From assembly GCA_030372965.1 (NCBI GenBank), contig JAUCQC010000228.1, forward strand, positions 15,203 to 79,202: a stretch of 64,000 nt of DNA. Direction: 5' to 3'. The notes beneath the pieces were generated by a model. That model saw only the letters and a program-made list of their open reading frames with translations, was not told where the DNA came from and searched no databases. Shown here one piece after another: positions 26,567 to 35,527 of this stretch. The number at the start of each line of letters is the position of its first letter. Within the stretch, counting starts at the first letter, position 1. Origin of the DNA: a bacterium (GTDB taxonomy: Bacteria; Zhuqueibacterota; QNDG01; DTFT01). A program made the position numbers and the translations under genes.

Positions 26567-28275
26567 AACTGTCCCGCGCCTTTTTGCCCACACTCAAGGA
26601 GACTCCCGCGGACGCGGTGATTCCGAGCCACCGTCTCATGATCCGGGCGGGTCTCATCCGCCCGCTGGCCGCTGGCGTCTACTCCATCCTGCCGCTCGGC
26701 TGGAAGGTCCTGAAGAAGATCATGGCCATCGTACGCGAGGAGATGGACCGGATCGGCGGCCAGGAGCTTCACATGCCCGCTCTGAATCCGGCCGAAATCT
26801 GGGACGAGACGGGCCGGAACGCGGACTTCGGGGACGAGATTTTCCGTCTCAAGGACCGTAAGGACCGCCCCCTCGTTCTGGCGCCCACGCACGAGGAAAT
26901 CATCTGCGACCTGGCCCGGAAGTTCGTCAAGTCCTACAAGGATCTTCCGCAGATGTGGTACCAGATCCAGAACAAATTCCGGGACGAACCGCGCCCCCGG
27001 TCGGGTGTCATCCGGACCCGTCAGTTCTTCATGAAGGACTCCTACAGTCTGGACAGCGACGAGGAGGGTCTCGACCTTTCCTACCGGCTGCACGCGGACG
27101 CCTACCGGGCCATCTTCAGCCGCTGCGGCCTCGATTTCCACGTGGTCGGCGCGTCGAGCGGTCTGATGGGGGGGAAGGTTTCGCAGGAATTCATGTTCGA
27201 GTCCGAATTCGGAGAGGACACGCTGGCCATCTGCGAATGCGGGTACGCGGCCAACCTGGAGGTCGCGTCCGCCAGAATCGAGACGGCTGAGTATCCGTCC
27301 GCTCCGCTCCAGCGGGTCGAAACGCCCGGAAAAAGGACCATCGGGGAAGTGGCCGGTTTTCTCAAAAAAGAGCCCCTTCGTTTCGCCAAGGCCGTTGTGA
27401 TGGTCGCGGACGGGAAAACCGTCATGGTCCTCGTCCGGGGCGACCACGAACTCAATGAAAACAAGCTCCAGTCGTTCCTTGGCGCGGCCGTCCGGCCCGC
27501 GCATCCGGAGGAGATTCTCGCGGCCTGCGGAGCGGAGGCCGGATTCGTGGGGCCGGTTCAGCCGTCCGGACCGGTCCGCATCCTGGCCGATCAGGCCCTG
27601 GCCGGACAACGGGACCTGGTCGTCGGCGCGAATCTGCGGGATCACCATTACACCGGCGCCGAACCCGGCCGCGATTTCAAGGTCGACGCCTTCGGCGATT
27701 TCCGGAATGTCTCCCCGGGAGACGCCTGCGTTTCCTGCGGCCGGCCGCTCCGCGTCGCGAACGCCATTGAACTCGGACACATCTTCAAGCTCGGCACCAA
27801 GTATTCATCCGCCATGAAGGCCACCTTTCTGGACCGCAACGGAAAGGAAAAGCCGATCATCATGGGCAGTTACGGCATCGGCATCGAACGGATTCTGGCC
27901 GCGGCGATCGAGCAGGGACATGACGAAAAGGGCCTGATCTGGAATTCCGTGCTCACGCCCTATCACGTCCACCTGATTCCCGTGAAGATGGACAACCCGG
28001 AGATCGTCCGCGTTTCGGAATCGCTGTACGGCACGCTCGGCGCGGAGTCGTGGGAATGCCTGCTGGACGACCGGTCCGCCTCGCCGGGCTTCAAATTCAA
28101 GGATGCCGATCTGATCGGCATCCCTTTGCAGGTGGTCATCGGAGACCGCTGGATCCGGGAGAAAAAGCTGGAACTCCGGATCCGCCGCACGGGAGAAACG
28201 ACGCTGATCGACGAAAACGAATTGTCGCCGCGGATCCGCGACTATTTCGGAGCGGAACGGGAGGGAGCATGCTGA
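26563..28275 (+). CDS. proS: Proline--tRNA ligase (bacterial type)
   Basis: The TTG at 26563 overlaps the folD TGA (TTGA), with AAAGGAG 9 nt upstream. KLSRAFLPTLKE, MIRAGLIR, PTHEE, FRDEPRPRSGVIRTRQF, and an anticodon-binding C-terminus. Confidence 0.92.
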   Translation: MKLSRAFLPTLKETPADAVIPSHRLMIRAGLIRPLAAGVYSILPLGWKVLKKIMAIVREEMDRIGGQELHMPALNPAEIWDETGRNADFGDEIFRLKDRKDRPLVLAPTHEEIICDLARKFVKSYKDLPQMWYQIQNKFRDEPRPRSGVIRTRQFFMKDSYSLDSDEEGLDLSYRLHADAYRAIFSRCGLDFHVVGASSGLMGGKVSQEFMFESEFGEDTLAICECGYAANLEVASARIETAEYPSAPLQRVETPGKRTIGEVAGFLKKEPLRFAKAVVMVADGKTVMVLVRGDHELNENKLQSFLGAAVRPAHPEEILAACGAEAGFVGPVQPSGPVRILADQALAGQRDLVVGANLRDHHYTGAEPGRDFKVDAFGDFRNVSPGDACVSCGRPLRVANAIELGHIFKLGTKYSSAMKATFLDRNGKEKPIIMGSYGIGIERILAAAIEQGHDEKGLIWNSVLTPYHVHLIPVKMDNPEIVRVSESLYGTLGAESWECLLDDRSASPGFKFKDADLIGIPLQVVIGDRWIREKKLELRIRRTGETTLIDENELSPRIRDYFGAEREGAC

Positions 28276-29630
28276 AGATCCCCGGTTCGAAATCCGTCCA
28301 GACGGTCCTGAAGGTCTCCGAGATACAGGCCGACCCCGAACTCTTCGCGATTCCCGGCGAGACGCCCTCACCCGAGGACATCCGGTCGCTCCTGGAGAAG
28401 CGGTACGCGACGGATTTCGGAAAACTGACGGTCTCCCTGGAGGACGACGTCATCCGCATTTCATTCAAGCCCCGGTCCGTCGACGTGAACGCCGAGCAGA
28501 TCCACAGCGCCGCCGTCCGTCTCGCCCGACAGCGTCAGTTCGAACCGGCCCTGGAAAAATGGAAGCAGGCCGTGTCGGTGAATCCGGACGATTTCGAATA
28601 CCATTACCACATCGGTCTCGTTCTGTACGAGCAGCGGCGTTACGACGAATCCGGCCGGGCCCTCGAACGGGCCGTCCGCATCTGTCCGATCCATTACAAG
28701 TCGCATCTCGCGCTCGGATTGAGCCGGATAAAAATGAACCGGCTCGACGAAGCGGTCCGTCATTTCGCGGAATCCGTGCGCCTGCACCGCGAAAACGTGC
28801 TCGGCTACCTGAATCTCGGCGCCGTGGCCAGCCTGCAGAAACGCCATAATGAGGCCATCGAAGCCTTCAATCACGCCATCCAGTACAATCCCCGGGAAAG
28901 CCGAGCGTATCTCGGAATCGCGAAAATCTACGTTCACCTGAACGACACCGAGGCCGCGAACAGCTATTTCAAGAAAGTCATCGAACTGGCTCCGGGCACG
29001 CCCATCGCGGAATTCGCGAAGAAGTCAATATCCGAGTCAACGGCGGAAACCGCGACGGAAGTGCTGCAGGGAGACCGACTGGCGGCCCTCTCCAAGGGTA
29101 CCGGATACGCGCTGGCCGGCAATTACACGGCGGCCGCCGAACATTACCAGATCTATCTTCGCAACCAGACTTCGGACGATTTTGCCTGGTACCTGCTCGG
29201 AGAAGCCGAAATCCGGAAAGGACGGCTGGACGAAGCCGCGGACGACTTTCGGAAATGTGTCCGTTTGAATCCGAAAAAAGGCCTGTACCAGAAAGCACTC
29301 GGCACGATTTACCATTTCCAGAAGAAACCCGCGGAAAGCGCCGAATGTTTCAAGCGGGCGATTGAACTCGGAAAGATCGATCCGATGGTGGTGACGCTGT
29401 ACGGCATACAACTCCTGCGCCTTCGCAAAATAGACGAGGCCATGCACCAGTTCCGCATGGCCCTGAAGAAAAATCAGAACAATCCGCTGGCCATGTACCA
29501 GCTTGCCTACGCGTATTCACTGAAGAACGACAATAAAAAGGCGATGGAATGGCTGGACAAGGTGAACGCGGTGGAATTCTTCGCGCCGATCAAGGAGCAC
29601 GCCAGAAGGCTGGTAAATTCCCTGAAATAA
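28269..29630 (+). CDS. Tetratricopeptide-repeat protein
   Basis: The ATG at 28269 overlaps the end of proS. Repeated 34-aa A..Y/F..A pattern (e.g. WKQAVSVNPDDFEYHYHIGLVLY, AIEAFNHAIQYNPRESRAYLGIAKIY). Confidence 0.8.
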   Translation: MLKIPGSKSVQTVLKVSEIQADPELFAIPGETPSPEDIRSLLEKRYATDFGKLTVSLEDDVIRISFKPRSVDVNAEQIHSAAVRLARQRQFEPALEKWKQAVSVNPDDFEYHYHIGLVLYEQRRYDESGRALERAVRICPIHYKSHLALGLSRIKMNRLDEAVRHFAESVRLHRENVLGYLNLGAVASLQKRHNEAIEAFNHAIQYNPRESRAYLGIAKIYVHLNDTEAANSYFKKVIELAPGTPIAEFAKKSISESTAETATEVLQGDRLAALSKGTGYALAGNYTAAAEHYQIYLRNQTSDDFAWYLLGEAEIRKGRLDEAADDFRKCVRLNPKKGLYQKALGTIYHFQKKPAESAECFKRAIELGKIDPMVVTLYGIQLLRLRKIDEAMHQFRMALKKNQNNPLAMYQLAYAYSLKNDNKKAMEWLDKVNAVEFFAPIKEHARRLVNSLK

Positions 29631-29653
29631 GATGGTTCCGATCCATTGATGTA

Positions 29654-29681
29654 GCTTCGCATAAGATGTATTATGTATACT
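29654..29681. other. dif-like XerC/XerD recombination site candidate GCTTCGCATAA-GATGTA-TTATGTATACT
   Basis: 28-bp layout of two 11-bp arms around a 6-bp core, with the inner CATAA-N6-TTATG palindrome. By hand it matches 20/28 positions of E. coli dif and 21/28 of B. subtilis dif, both recalled from memory. It lies in the AT-rich gap where gene orientation flips. Confidence 0.55.
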
Positions 29682-30035
29682 TATTGATCGTCATTTTGTT
29701 TTGAAACCCAAGACAATGTCATTCTCTATACTTCCTCATCATTCCCCTGATCATGACTTCCCTTTCATTTAATTTATTATTATCAGTATGTTAAGCCGCC
29801 TTTCTGACGGTTTGCGATCTGAAACAGTTCGCATCTATTTTTTTCGCATCTGACATTCTAATAAGCATCCTCTTTATTCGGATTCATTTATTGATGACCG
29901 TTATTCTCGAACCAATTCTCCAGGTCGTGATTTATAGATATTGTGAGATTCACGAGATTCAATCACTGAACGTGATCGAGTCCTAAACAGTTCACTTTAT
30001 GTCCGTCATTTTTGCGGAATGCACATTTATTACCT

Positions 30036-30066
30036 AAAAATAAAATCCCGGCATGAAAGCCGGGAT
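30036..30066 (-). terminator. Rho-independent terminator downstream of tRNA-Arg
   Basis: On the - strand: ATCCCGGC-TTTCAT-GCCGGGAT, followed by TTTTATTTTT. Confidence 0.75.
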
Positions 30067-30083
30067 GGATTGCGTATACCGGG

Positions 30084-30157
<74 letters not shown>

Positions 30158-30173
30158 GTTCAGACGGCAGGGA

Positions 30174-30202
30174 AATTTAGCCAATTGACGTAGCAAAGTC
30201 AA
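30174..30202 (-). promoter_or_regulatory. Sigma-70-type promoter TTGACT-N17-TAAATT for tRNA-Arg
   Basis: The hexamers on the - strand are at 30202-30197 and 30179-30174. The tRNA 5' end is 17 nt downstream of the -10 box. Confidence 0.65.
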
Positions 30203-30220
30203 TAGCCAATAAACGCCAGT

Positions 30221-32167
30221 CTACTGCGTCCGCAAAGCCGCCACAGTCAATCCCCTGGGTATCGCGGGCGGGGTCAAATGGATTTCGACCGTTTCTCCCG
30301 AACGAATTTCGGATGAAACCGTTGATTGCGAATTCATCATTCCATTGTCAGGCAGCCGGTAATGGGCTGTTCCCTCTGCTACGGAGCCATCCAGGGCCAG
30401 CGAACCCGTGAAGACGGTTCCGGGAACGGTTCCGGTCAGAGGAATGGTTGATACGGTTCCATCCGCTTCATCCATGTACAGGGGGCCGGGATTTTTGACA
30501 ACGGGTTCCGAAGCGGTCAACTCAACGCTCAGCACCTTTTTCAGAAGCCGGAGGGATTGAATCGTCGCGTAGAGTTCCTTCTCCGTGACCGGCACTGGAT
30601 CCGGATCGACTTGCGGAAAGTAAAGCGGTTCGTATTCAAAAGCGCCGATATCCGGATTCTGTCCGTTGTACGGATAGGAAACGCCGTCCCCGGCCTTCCA
30701 GGATATGCTGCGGTCGATGGTGATGCGGTTGTTCGCGTAATCCGCCGAGAGGATCAACAGATTCTTCTGAGCGCCGATCTGGATGACATCTCCCTGACCG
30801 GGAATGCCGAACCCGTCCGTGAGACACCGCGCGGATTCCAGCGCCACAACGGTTCCCGATCCCGCGGAGACGGTCCGGGTCAGCACGGTTCCCTGATCGA
30901 TGCAACCGGACTCTTTTTTCAGCTTGAAATTGTACAGGCCGGCGTCCATGTCGATCCATTCGAGTCCGTGAAAGGTCGTTTTCCTCGAGTCAAAGGGGGC
31001 CGAGACAAAACCCGGCTGGCCCGTGAGGGTCGTCGGCGCGAACCTTCTTTTCCATTCCGCGAGTGACATGAATCCGAGCCAGTAGATCTCCGTCGCGTCG
31101 CCGAGTTCGCCCCAGACCCAGTTATTCTCGGACTTGATCCCGGTCTGATTGTCCGCGTCCTCGAGAATGATCGGGCAGATTTGATCGTACCGCGCCGTGC
31201 GTTTGCGCCCGTAAATGATATTGTTCTTCAGTATGGCGTTGTGAACCCACTGATCCGTCAGGTACAATTCGGCCATGTTCTGGCAGCGGTTGGTATCGGC
31301 CATGTTCCGGAAGAGAATGTTGTGGGTCATGGCCAGATTCCCGGTGTTGTTGTTCAGGACGCCGGCGCCTCCATTGTTATAGAAGATGTTCCGGGTCATC
31401 TGGTGAAGACCGTCCGTCCCGGCGAGATCCCAGGTGAATCCGTTTCCGTCCCAGTAGGACCCGTCCCGTTTCTGCCAGTTCGCGTACATGACGTTCCGGC
31501 GGACGATCGAGAACCATCGGATGCCGGAATCGAGCAGTTCCCGGTTGTTGATGGAGGCGCCGTCCCCCCACCCGCTGTCTCCGTCCGCCTTCCACCCGTT
31601 GTGGTGGAGAACGCAGTCCTGTATGAGGACATGATTCGATCCGACGGTGTTTAGCCCGGCGTTTCCATTGTCGTACGCGACGAGATCATCCAGAAACACG
31701 TAGTCCGCGTAGTAAACCGATATCCCGTCCTGCTGATAGCCGTGAAAGGAGAGATTCCGGATATGGAAATGGGTTTTCGTGAACGGCGTCGAAAGCTGCC
31801 CCTGAATGATAAATCCGTACTGTCCTGAACCCGTGATGTCGGGGCGGGTTCCGGGGTCTCCGATCACCGTGATCCACTTTCCGGGAGCGCCTGAATTCGC
31901 GAACGGAATGTCGCTCTCCACGTAGGTGCCGGCCAGAACGATCAGGCTGTCTCCGGCGGCCAGTATTGAAGCGGCTTTCCGTATGGTTTTCCAGGGCGTG
32001 GAACGGTTCATGGCCTGGCTGTTCGTCCGGCCGTCGTTTCCGGACGGTGAAACAAAATAAGTGGATGCCGTCAAGGTGGCCGACCAGAAGCCCAAGAGCA
32101 GAATCGGAAAAACTTTCCCGCAACCGTTTCCGACCGCCACGAATCGGGGCAAATATTTCCTTTTCAT
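30221..32167 (-). CDS. Secreted right-handed parallel beta-helix repeat protein (pectate-lyase-fold; possible polysaccharide lyase/hydrolase)
   Basis: Signal peptide (LLLGFWSATLTAS). YFVSPSGNDGRT...PWKTIRKAASILAAGDSLIVLAGTY is typical of DUF1565/PbH1 N-termini. Repeated GN/HN-rich beta-helix rungs (NGNAGL, HHNGW, YNNGGAGV, NNII). Confidence 0.7.
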   Translation of the reverse strand: MKRKYLPRFVAVGNGCGKVFPILLLGFWSATLTASTYFVSPSGNDGRTNSQAMNRSTPWKTIRKAASILAAGDSLIVLAGTYVESDIPFANSGAPGKWITVIGDPGTRPDITGSGQYGFIIQGQLSTPFTKTHFHIRNLSFHGYQQDGISVYYADYVFLDDLVAYDNGNAGLNTVGSNHVLIQDCVLHHNGWKADGDSGWGDGASINNRELLDSGIRWFSIVRRNVMYANWQKRDGSYWDGNGFTWDLAGTDGLHQMTRNIFYNNGGAGVLNNNTGNLAMTHNILFRNMADTNRCQNMAELYLTDQWVHNAILKNNIIYGRKRTARYDQICPIILEDADNQTGIKSENNWVWGELGDATEIYWLGFMSLAEWKRRFAPTTLTGQPGFVSAPFDSRKTTFHGLEWIDMDAGLYNFKLKKESGCIDQGTVLTRTVSAGSGTVVALESARCLTDGFGIPGQGDVIQIGAQKNLLILSADYANNRITIDRSISWKAGDGVSYPYNGQNPDIGAFEYEPLYFPQVDPDPVPVTEKELYATIQSLRLLKKVLSVELTASEPVVKNPGPLYMDEADGTVSTIPLTGTVPGTVFTGSLALDGSVAEGTAHYRLPDNGMMNSQSTVSSEIRSGETVEIHLTPPAIPRGLTVAALRTQ

Positions 32168-32203
32168 GGCAAATACCCCTTTCGATAACCCCTTGTTTTC
32201 CTG

Positions 32204-32232
32204 TATATAAGCCTATTACCATTTCTTCACAA
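32204..32232 (-). promoter_or_regulatory. Possible promoter TTGTGA-N17-TATATA for the beta-helix gene
   Basis: The hexamers on the - strand are at 32232-32227 and 32209-32204, 37 nt upstream of the ATG. It lies downstream of the terminator hairpin at 32268-32297. Confidence 0.35.
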
Positions 32233-32260
32233 TCCTATATATAGGCAAAGCAGGGGCCAA

Positions 32261-32297
32261 TAAAAATCCCCGTGAAAACGACTTCTGTTTCACGGGG
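32261..32297 (-). terminator. Rho-independent terminator ending the polysaccharide operon
   Basis: 10-bp perfect stem CCCCGTGAAA/TTTCACGGGG (32268-32297), followed on the - strand by ATTTTTAT. Confidence 0.7.
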
Positions 32298-32322
32298 CGG
32301 GCGCGGGGGCTCTGATCCAATG

Positions 32323-33264
32323 TCAACCCGAATTCGGGCTCCATTCTCTCAGGATGCGGTCGTAGGGCGCGACCCACAATCGATCCTTCAGAGAACCCAG
32401 AAATCGGATGAAATCCCTGAACCGGCCGAGTCGACCGATGTCAGCCGGGTCGAAATACAGATTCACGTACGACCCCGTGTCCAGGGCGGTTCTTATGACT
32501 CTTTCGATCCTGTCGAAAAAAGCGGTTTCCCGGTCATGTGGAACCGGCCCGTTCGTTCTTGGAAGACGGTTGTACGCGTCAAAACAGGTGTTCGGATAGG
32601 CCGGGTCGAAAGACAGCGGAAATTCCCAGATTCCGCACGATTCCCGGTACGGCATTCCGTGTCCGGGGCACTGGATGGAAATTCTGGAACTGGAGTACTG
32701 GTAGCCGAGTCCGGCCAGAATCGGGTACACGTCCCGCGTGTGGGAGTCGCCGAAATGAGGCGTGCGGAAACCCGACGGACGGTAATTCAGCCGGCCGCGG
32801 AAGATGCGGTCCGCGTTGACAATCTCCGCCCGTCTGTCTTCAGGGGATATCTCATTGAACCGCTCGTCCGGATGAAAACGGCTGTTGCTGGGATGGGTGT
32901 GGGTGTGGTTGACCAGTTCGTGGCCGCGGCGGATCAGTTCCAGGTGGCTGTCCGGATCCAATTCAACCCATTTCGCGATGCAGGCGAACGAGGCGGCCAG
33001 CCCCTCCCCTGCCAGAGCGTCGAGCAGGTCCGGCATCGCCCGGTAATCGGCCTCATGGTCGCAGTCGAAAGACAGGGTGAGACACGCCTGTTTTCCCGGC
33101 CAGGGCATGTGTTCCCCCCGGTTGTGCGCGTGGAATGCGGAGTTGAACCCGTCGGACCAGATGCGTCCGACGATCCGGCGGAGCGCTTTCGCCGCGATTC
33201 CAGGTTTGTCCCTCCGGAATGCGGAGGCCACGAGTTCCGCCATCTTCATACTGATTTTCAACAT
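32323..33264 (-). CDS. Polysaccharide deacetylase (NodB-homology, CE4-like)
   Basis: LTLSFDCDHEADY, FACIAKWVE, GHELVNHTHTHP, and FRTPHFGDSH. Confidence 0.8.
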   Translation of the reverse strand: MLKISMKMAELVASAFRRDKPGIAAKALRRIVGRIWSDGFNSAFHAHNRGEHMPWPGKQACLTLSFDCDHEADYRAMPDLLDALAGEGLAASFACIAKWVELDPDSHLELIRRGHELVNHTHTHPSNSRFHPDERFNEISPEDRRAEIVNADRIFRGRLNYRPSGFRTPHFGDSHTRDVYPILAGLGYQYSSSRISIQCPGHGMPYRESCGIWEFPLSFDPAYPNTCFDAYNRLPRTNGPVPHDRETAFFDRIERVIRTALDTGSYVNLYFDPADIGRLGRFRDFIRFLGSLKDRLWVAPYDRILREWSPNSG

Positions 33265-34154
33265 TTCTCCCTGTCGTTTCCAAACGAGCGTATGCCCCGG
33301 ATCAGGGTGTCGGTTTCATTGTCCGGCAGAAGACGCACGAGTTTGCCTCCCGCTTCCCGGAGCACCTTGAGGTCGGTCGCCAGGATGGGAAGCCCCATCG
33401 CCGCCGCCTCGGCGAACTTGATGGGCGTCACGTGTTCCGTAACCGCGTTCCTGGGCCTCGGCACCACGACCGCGTCGGCGCGTTCGGCCAGAATCCGGAT
33501 CATTTCCGAATGGGGAACGCTCTCGTGAAAACGGACATTTTTCGTGTCGGTGCCGCGGATGCCGTAGCAGTGGAGCTGATAGAGGGGATCGGATTCGAGC
33601 CGGGCGAACGCCTCGATCAGGTTCCGGAACCCCTGCCAGGGCTTTTCGGATCCCATGTAGACGAAATGAAGCCGTCCGTCCGACGGGCCTTTCCGGCGGA
33701 TCGCCGGAAGACGAACGGGGATGGGCAGCACGAACATCCGATTCTCCGGAAATCGGAATCCGGTTCTGAGATGACCGCGCATGGACTCGCTGAGAACGCG
33801 GACCACGGCGGTTTTCAGCGCGAGTTCAAACGTCAGGCGGGACAGCGCGATTCGGCCGCGCGATCGGCCCGCCATTTCAAGCTCGAGCCACGGGAAGGAA
33901 GCGAGATCGTACACGGTGATCCTGCGGGCCAGCAGGCAGAAAATGATCCATCGGAGAAACAGTTTCTCGGAGCGGATCCACACGACCTCCGCGCTCCGCA
34001 GGTCACGGAACCGGGCTCGGCCGGTGAGACGCACACGGTTCCATTGCCCGAGAAAATCCGCCAGGTAGCGCATGTGGATGGTGTGTCCGCAGACCTTTTC
34101 GGGATCGTTGTCCGAAAGGATCAGGATGTTCCGGTCTCGAAAGGGCGGGTTCAT
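33258..34154 (-). CDS. Glycosyltransferase, GT-B fold (GT4/GT1-like, short)
   Basis: C-terminal half has FVYMGSEKPWQGF, VVVPRPRN and KFAEAAAMGLPILATD (E-x7-E-like region). Confidence 0.7.
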   Translation of the reverse strand: MNPPFRDRNILILSDNDPEKVCGHTIHMRYLADFLGQWNRVRLTGRARFRDLRSAEVVWIRSEKLFLRWIIFCLLARRITVYDLASFPWLELEMAGRSRGRIALSRLTFELALKTAVVRVLSESMRGHLRTGFRFPENRMFVLPIPVRLPAIRRKGPSDGRLHFVYMGSEKPWQGFRNLIEAFARLESDPLYQLHCYGIRGTDTKNVRFHESVPHSEMIRILAERADAVVVPRPRNAVTEHVTPIKFAEAAAMGLPILATDLKVLREAGGKLVRLLPDNETDTLIRGIRSFGNDREKC

Positions 34155-35527
34155 CCGGACTCCGGGCCGGCGGGGTGGATTTCGGAGACGAACGCCCGGT
34201 GCTTGCCGCTGGCGTCCGGCGGGATGGAATCGGGGAACCGGACGTCCAGGCGAACCAGGCCGTCGAAGTCCTCTTCGAAGGCCTTCCGGAAATAGGCTTC
34301 CACCTCGGACTGATCGTCCGGATTGCAGACCGCCTCCACATCAAATCGGTCCAGGCTCTTCTGGATGATCCGGTACTGCCTGATTTTCCTGCCGATCTCG
34401 TAGAAGCTGTACTGTCCCATGTGGCAGAAGAGGACCGGGGAAACGCGCGAACCGTCGGGAAGATACACCACATCGGATTCCCTTCCAATGTCGACCCGGA
34501 TCCGGGCGAGCCCCGATCCGCAGGCGCAGGGTTCCGGATCGGGACGCACCAGGTCTCCGACCTCGTAGCGCAGCAGGGGCGTCGCGCGGTTGTTCAAATC
34601 GGTCAGGATCAAGCTTTTCGCGTCCGCGGGTCCCGGCCGGGGCGGATCCGCGAATTCCGCGATGAGGTTCTCCTCCATCAGGTGCATGCCGCCGGAAGGG
34701 CATTGAAACGCGATGATGCCGACCTCGCTGGCTCCGTATTCGTCGATCACGGGACAACCGAACGCCGACTCCAGGAAACGACGCTGGTACTCGTAGAGGC
34801 GTTCGGAAGTGGTGCAGACGGCGCGGATGCCCAGCTCGGCCGGGTTGCGTCCGCTTTCCTCGAAAAGCCGGGCGATGCCGAAGATGGAGGTGACGTAACC
34901 GCGGACGTAGGCGCCCCGGTGTTTCCGAAGAACGTCCCAGGTTTCGGCTGCCGTGGCGTCCGTCAGCCGCATGACCGAATGGCGGAAACGGTTCTCAATC
35001 CAGCTCATGCGAAGGGTCCGCTTCAGCGACGGCCGGAGATGGTAGGTGCCCCAGATCTCCAGGACAGGCGCGCCGATGTCCCACCCCCACCATCGGCGGC
35101 TCCGGAACAGGGCCGCCATCCGGTGGCTTTCGGCTTCCGTGTCCGCGCAGAGCACCTTGGGCTCCCCGGTCGAACCGCTGGACTGGTGACAGTACGTCCT
35201 GCGGAAGAGTCCGGGAACGCTGATCGCTTCCTTGTTTTCCCGCAGAAGGGACTTGGTAAGCACCGGCAGACGGGACAGATCGTCCTGAGAGCGGAATGAA
35301 CCGGCGGTGAGGCCGTTCCGCTTCAGCAATTCCCGGTAATAGGGCGTTCGGGCGCCGCAGTCCGCGATGAGGGAACGGAGTTTTTCAAGCTGATGCTCCC
35401 GGATCTGCTCCGGGGTCCTGTTCGCGCCGGCTTCGAGCTCCCGGAGTTTGGACCGCACCGTCAGGCCCCGCGATTTTTCGTACAGCGGGTATGAGACGGT
35501 CCGGATGAACCATTGCTTCAGTCTCAT
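34151..35527 (-). CDS. Adenylate-forming ligase of the PaaK / coenzyme F390 synthetase / CapK family
   Basis: YYRELLKRNG, LPVLTKSLLREN and the SSGSTGEP P-loop. The ATG at 35527 overlaps the upstream stop (ATGA). The longer tracked ORF (to 35809) overlaps the flippase gene. Confidence 0.8.
   Translation of the reverse strand: MRLKQWFIRTVSYPLYEKSRGLTVRSKLRELEAGANRTPEQIREHQLEKLRSLIADCGARTPYYRELLKRNGLTAGSFRSQDDLSRLPVLTKSLLRENKEAISVPGLFRRTYCHQSSGSTGEPKVLCADTEAESHRMAALFRSRRWWGWDIGAPVLEIWGTYHLRPSLKRTLRMSWIENRFRHSVMRLTDATAAETWDVLRKHRGAYVRGYVTSIFGIARLFEESGRNPAELGIRAVCTTSERLYEYQRRFLESAFGCPVIDEYGASEVGIIAFQCPSGGMHLMEENLIAEFADPPRPGPADAKSLILTDLNNRATPLLRYEVGDLVRPDPEPCACGSGLARIRVDIGRESDVVYLPDGSRVSPVLFCHMGQYSFYEIGRKIRQYRIIQKSLDRFDVEAVCNPDDQSEVEAYFRKAFEEDFDGLVRLDVRFPDSIPPDASGKHRAFVSEIHPAGPESG

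Noticed and set aside
29940-29990. DnaA boxes / oriC in the AT-rich gap
   Set aside because: There are no TTATCCACA-like 9-mers on either strand. The convergent gene orientation is the opposite of what an origin shows.
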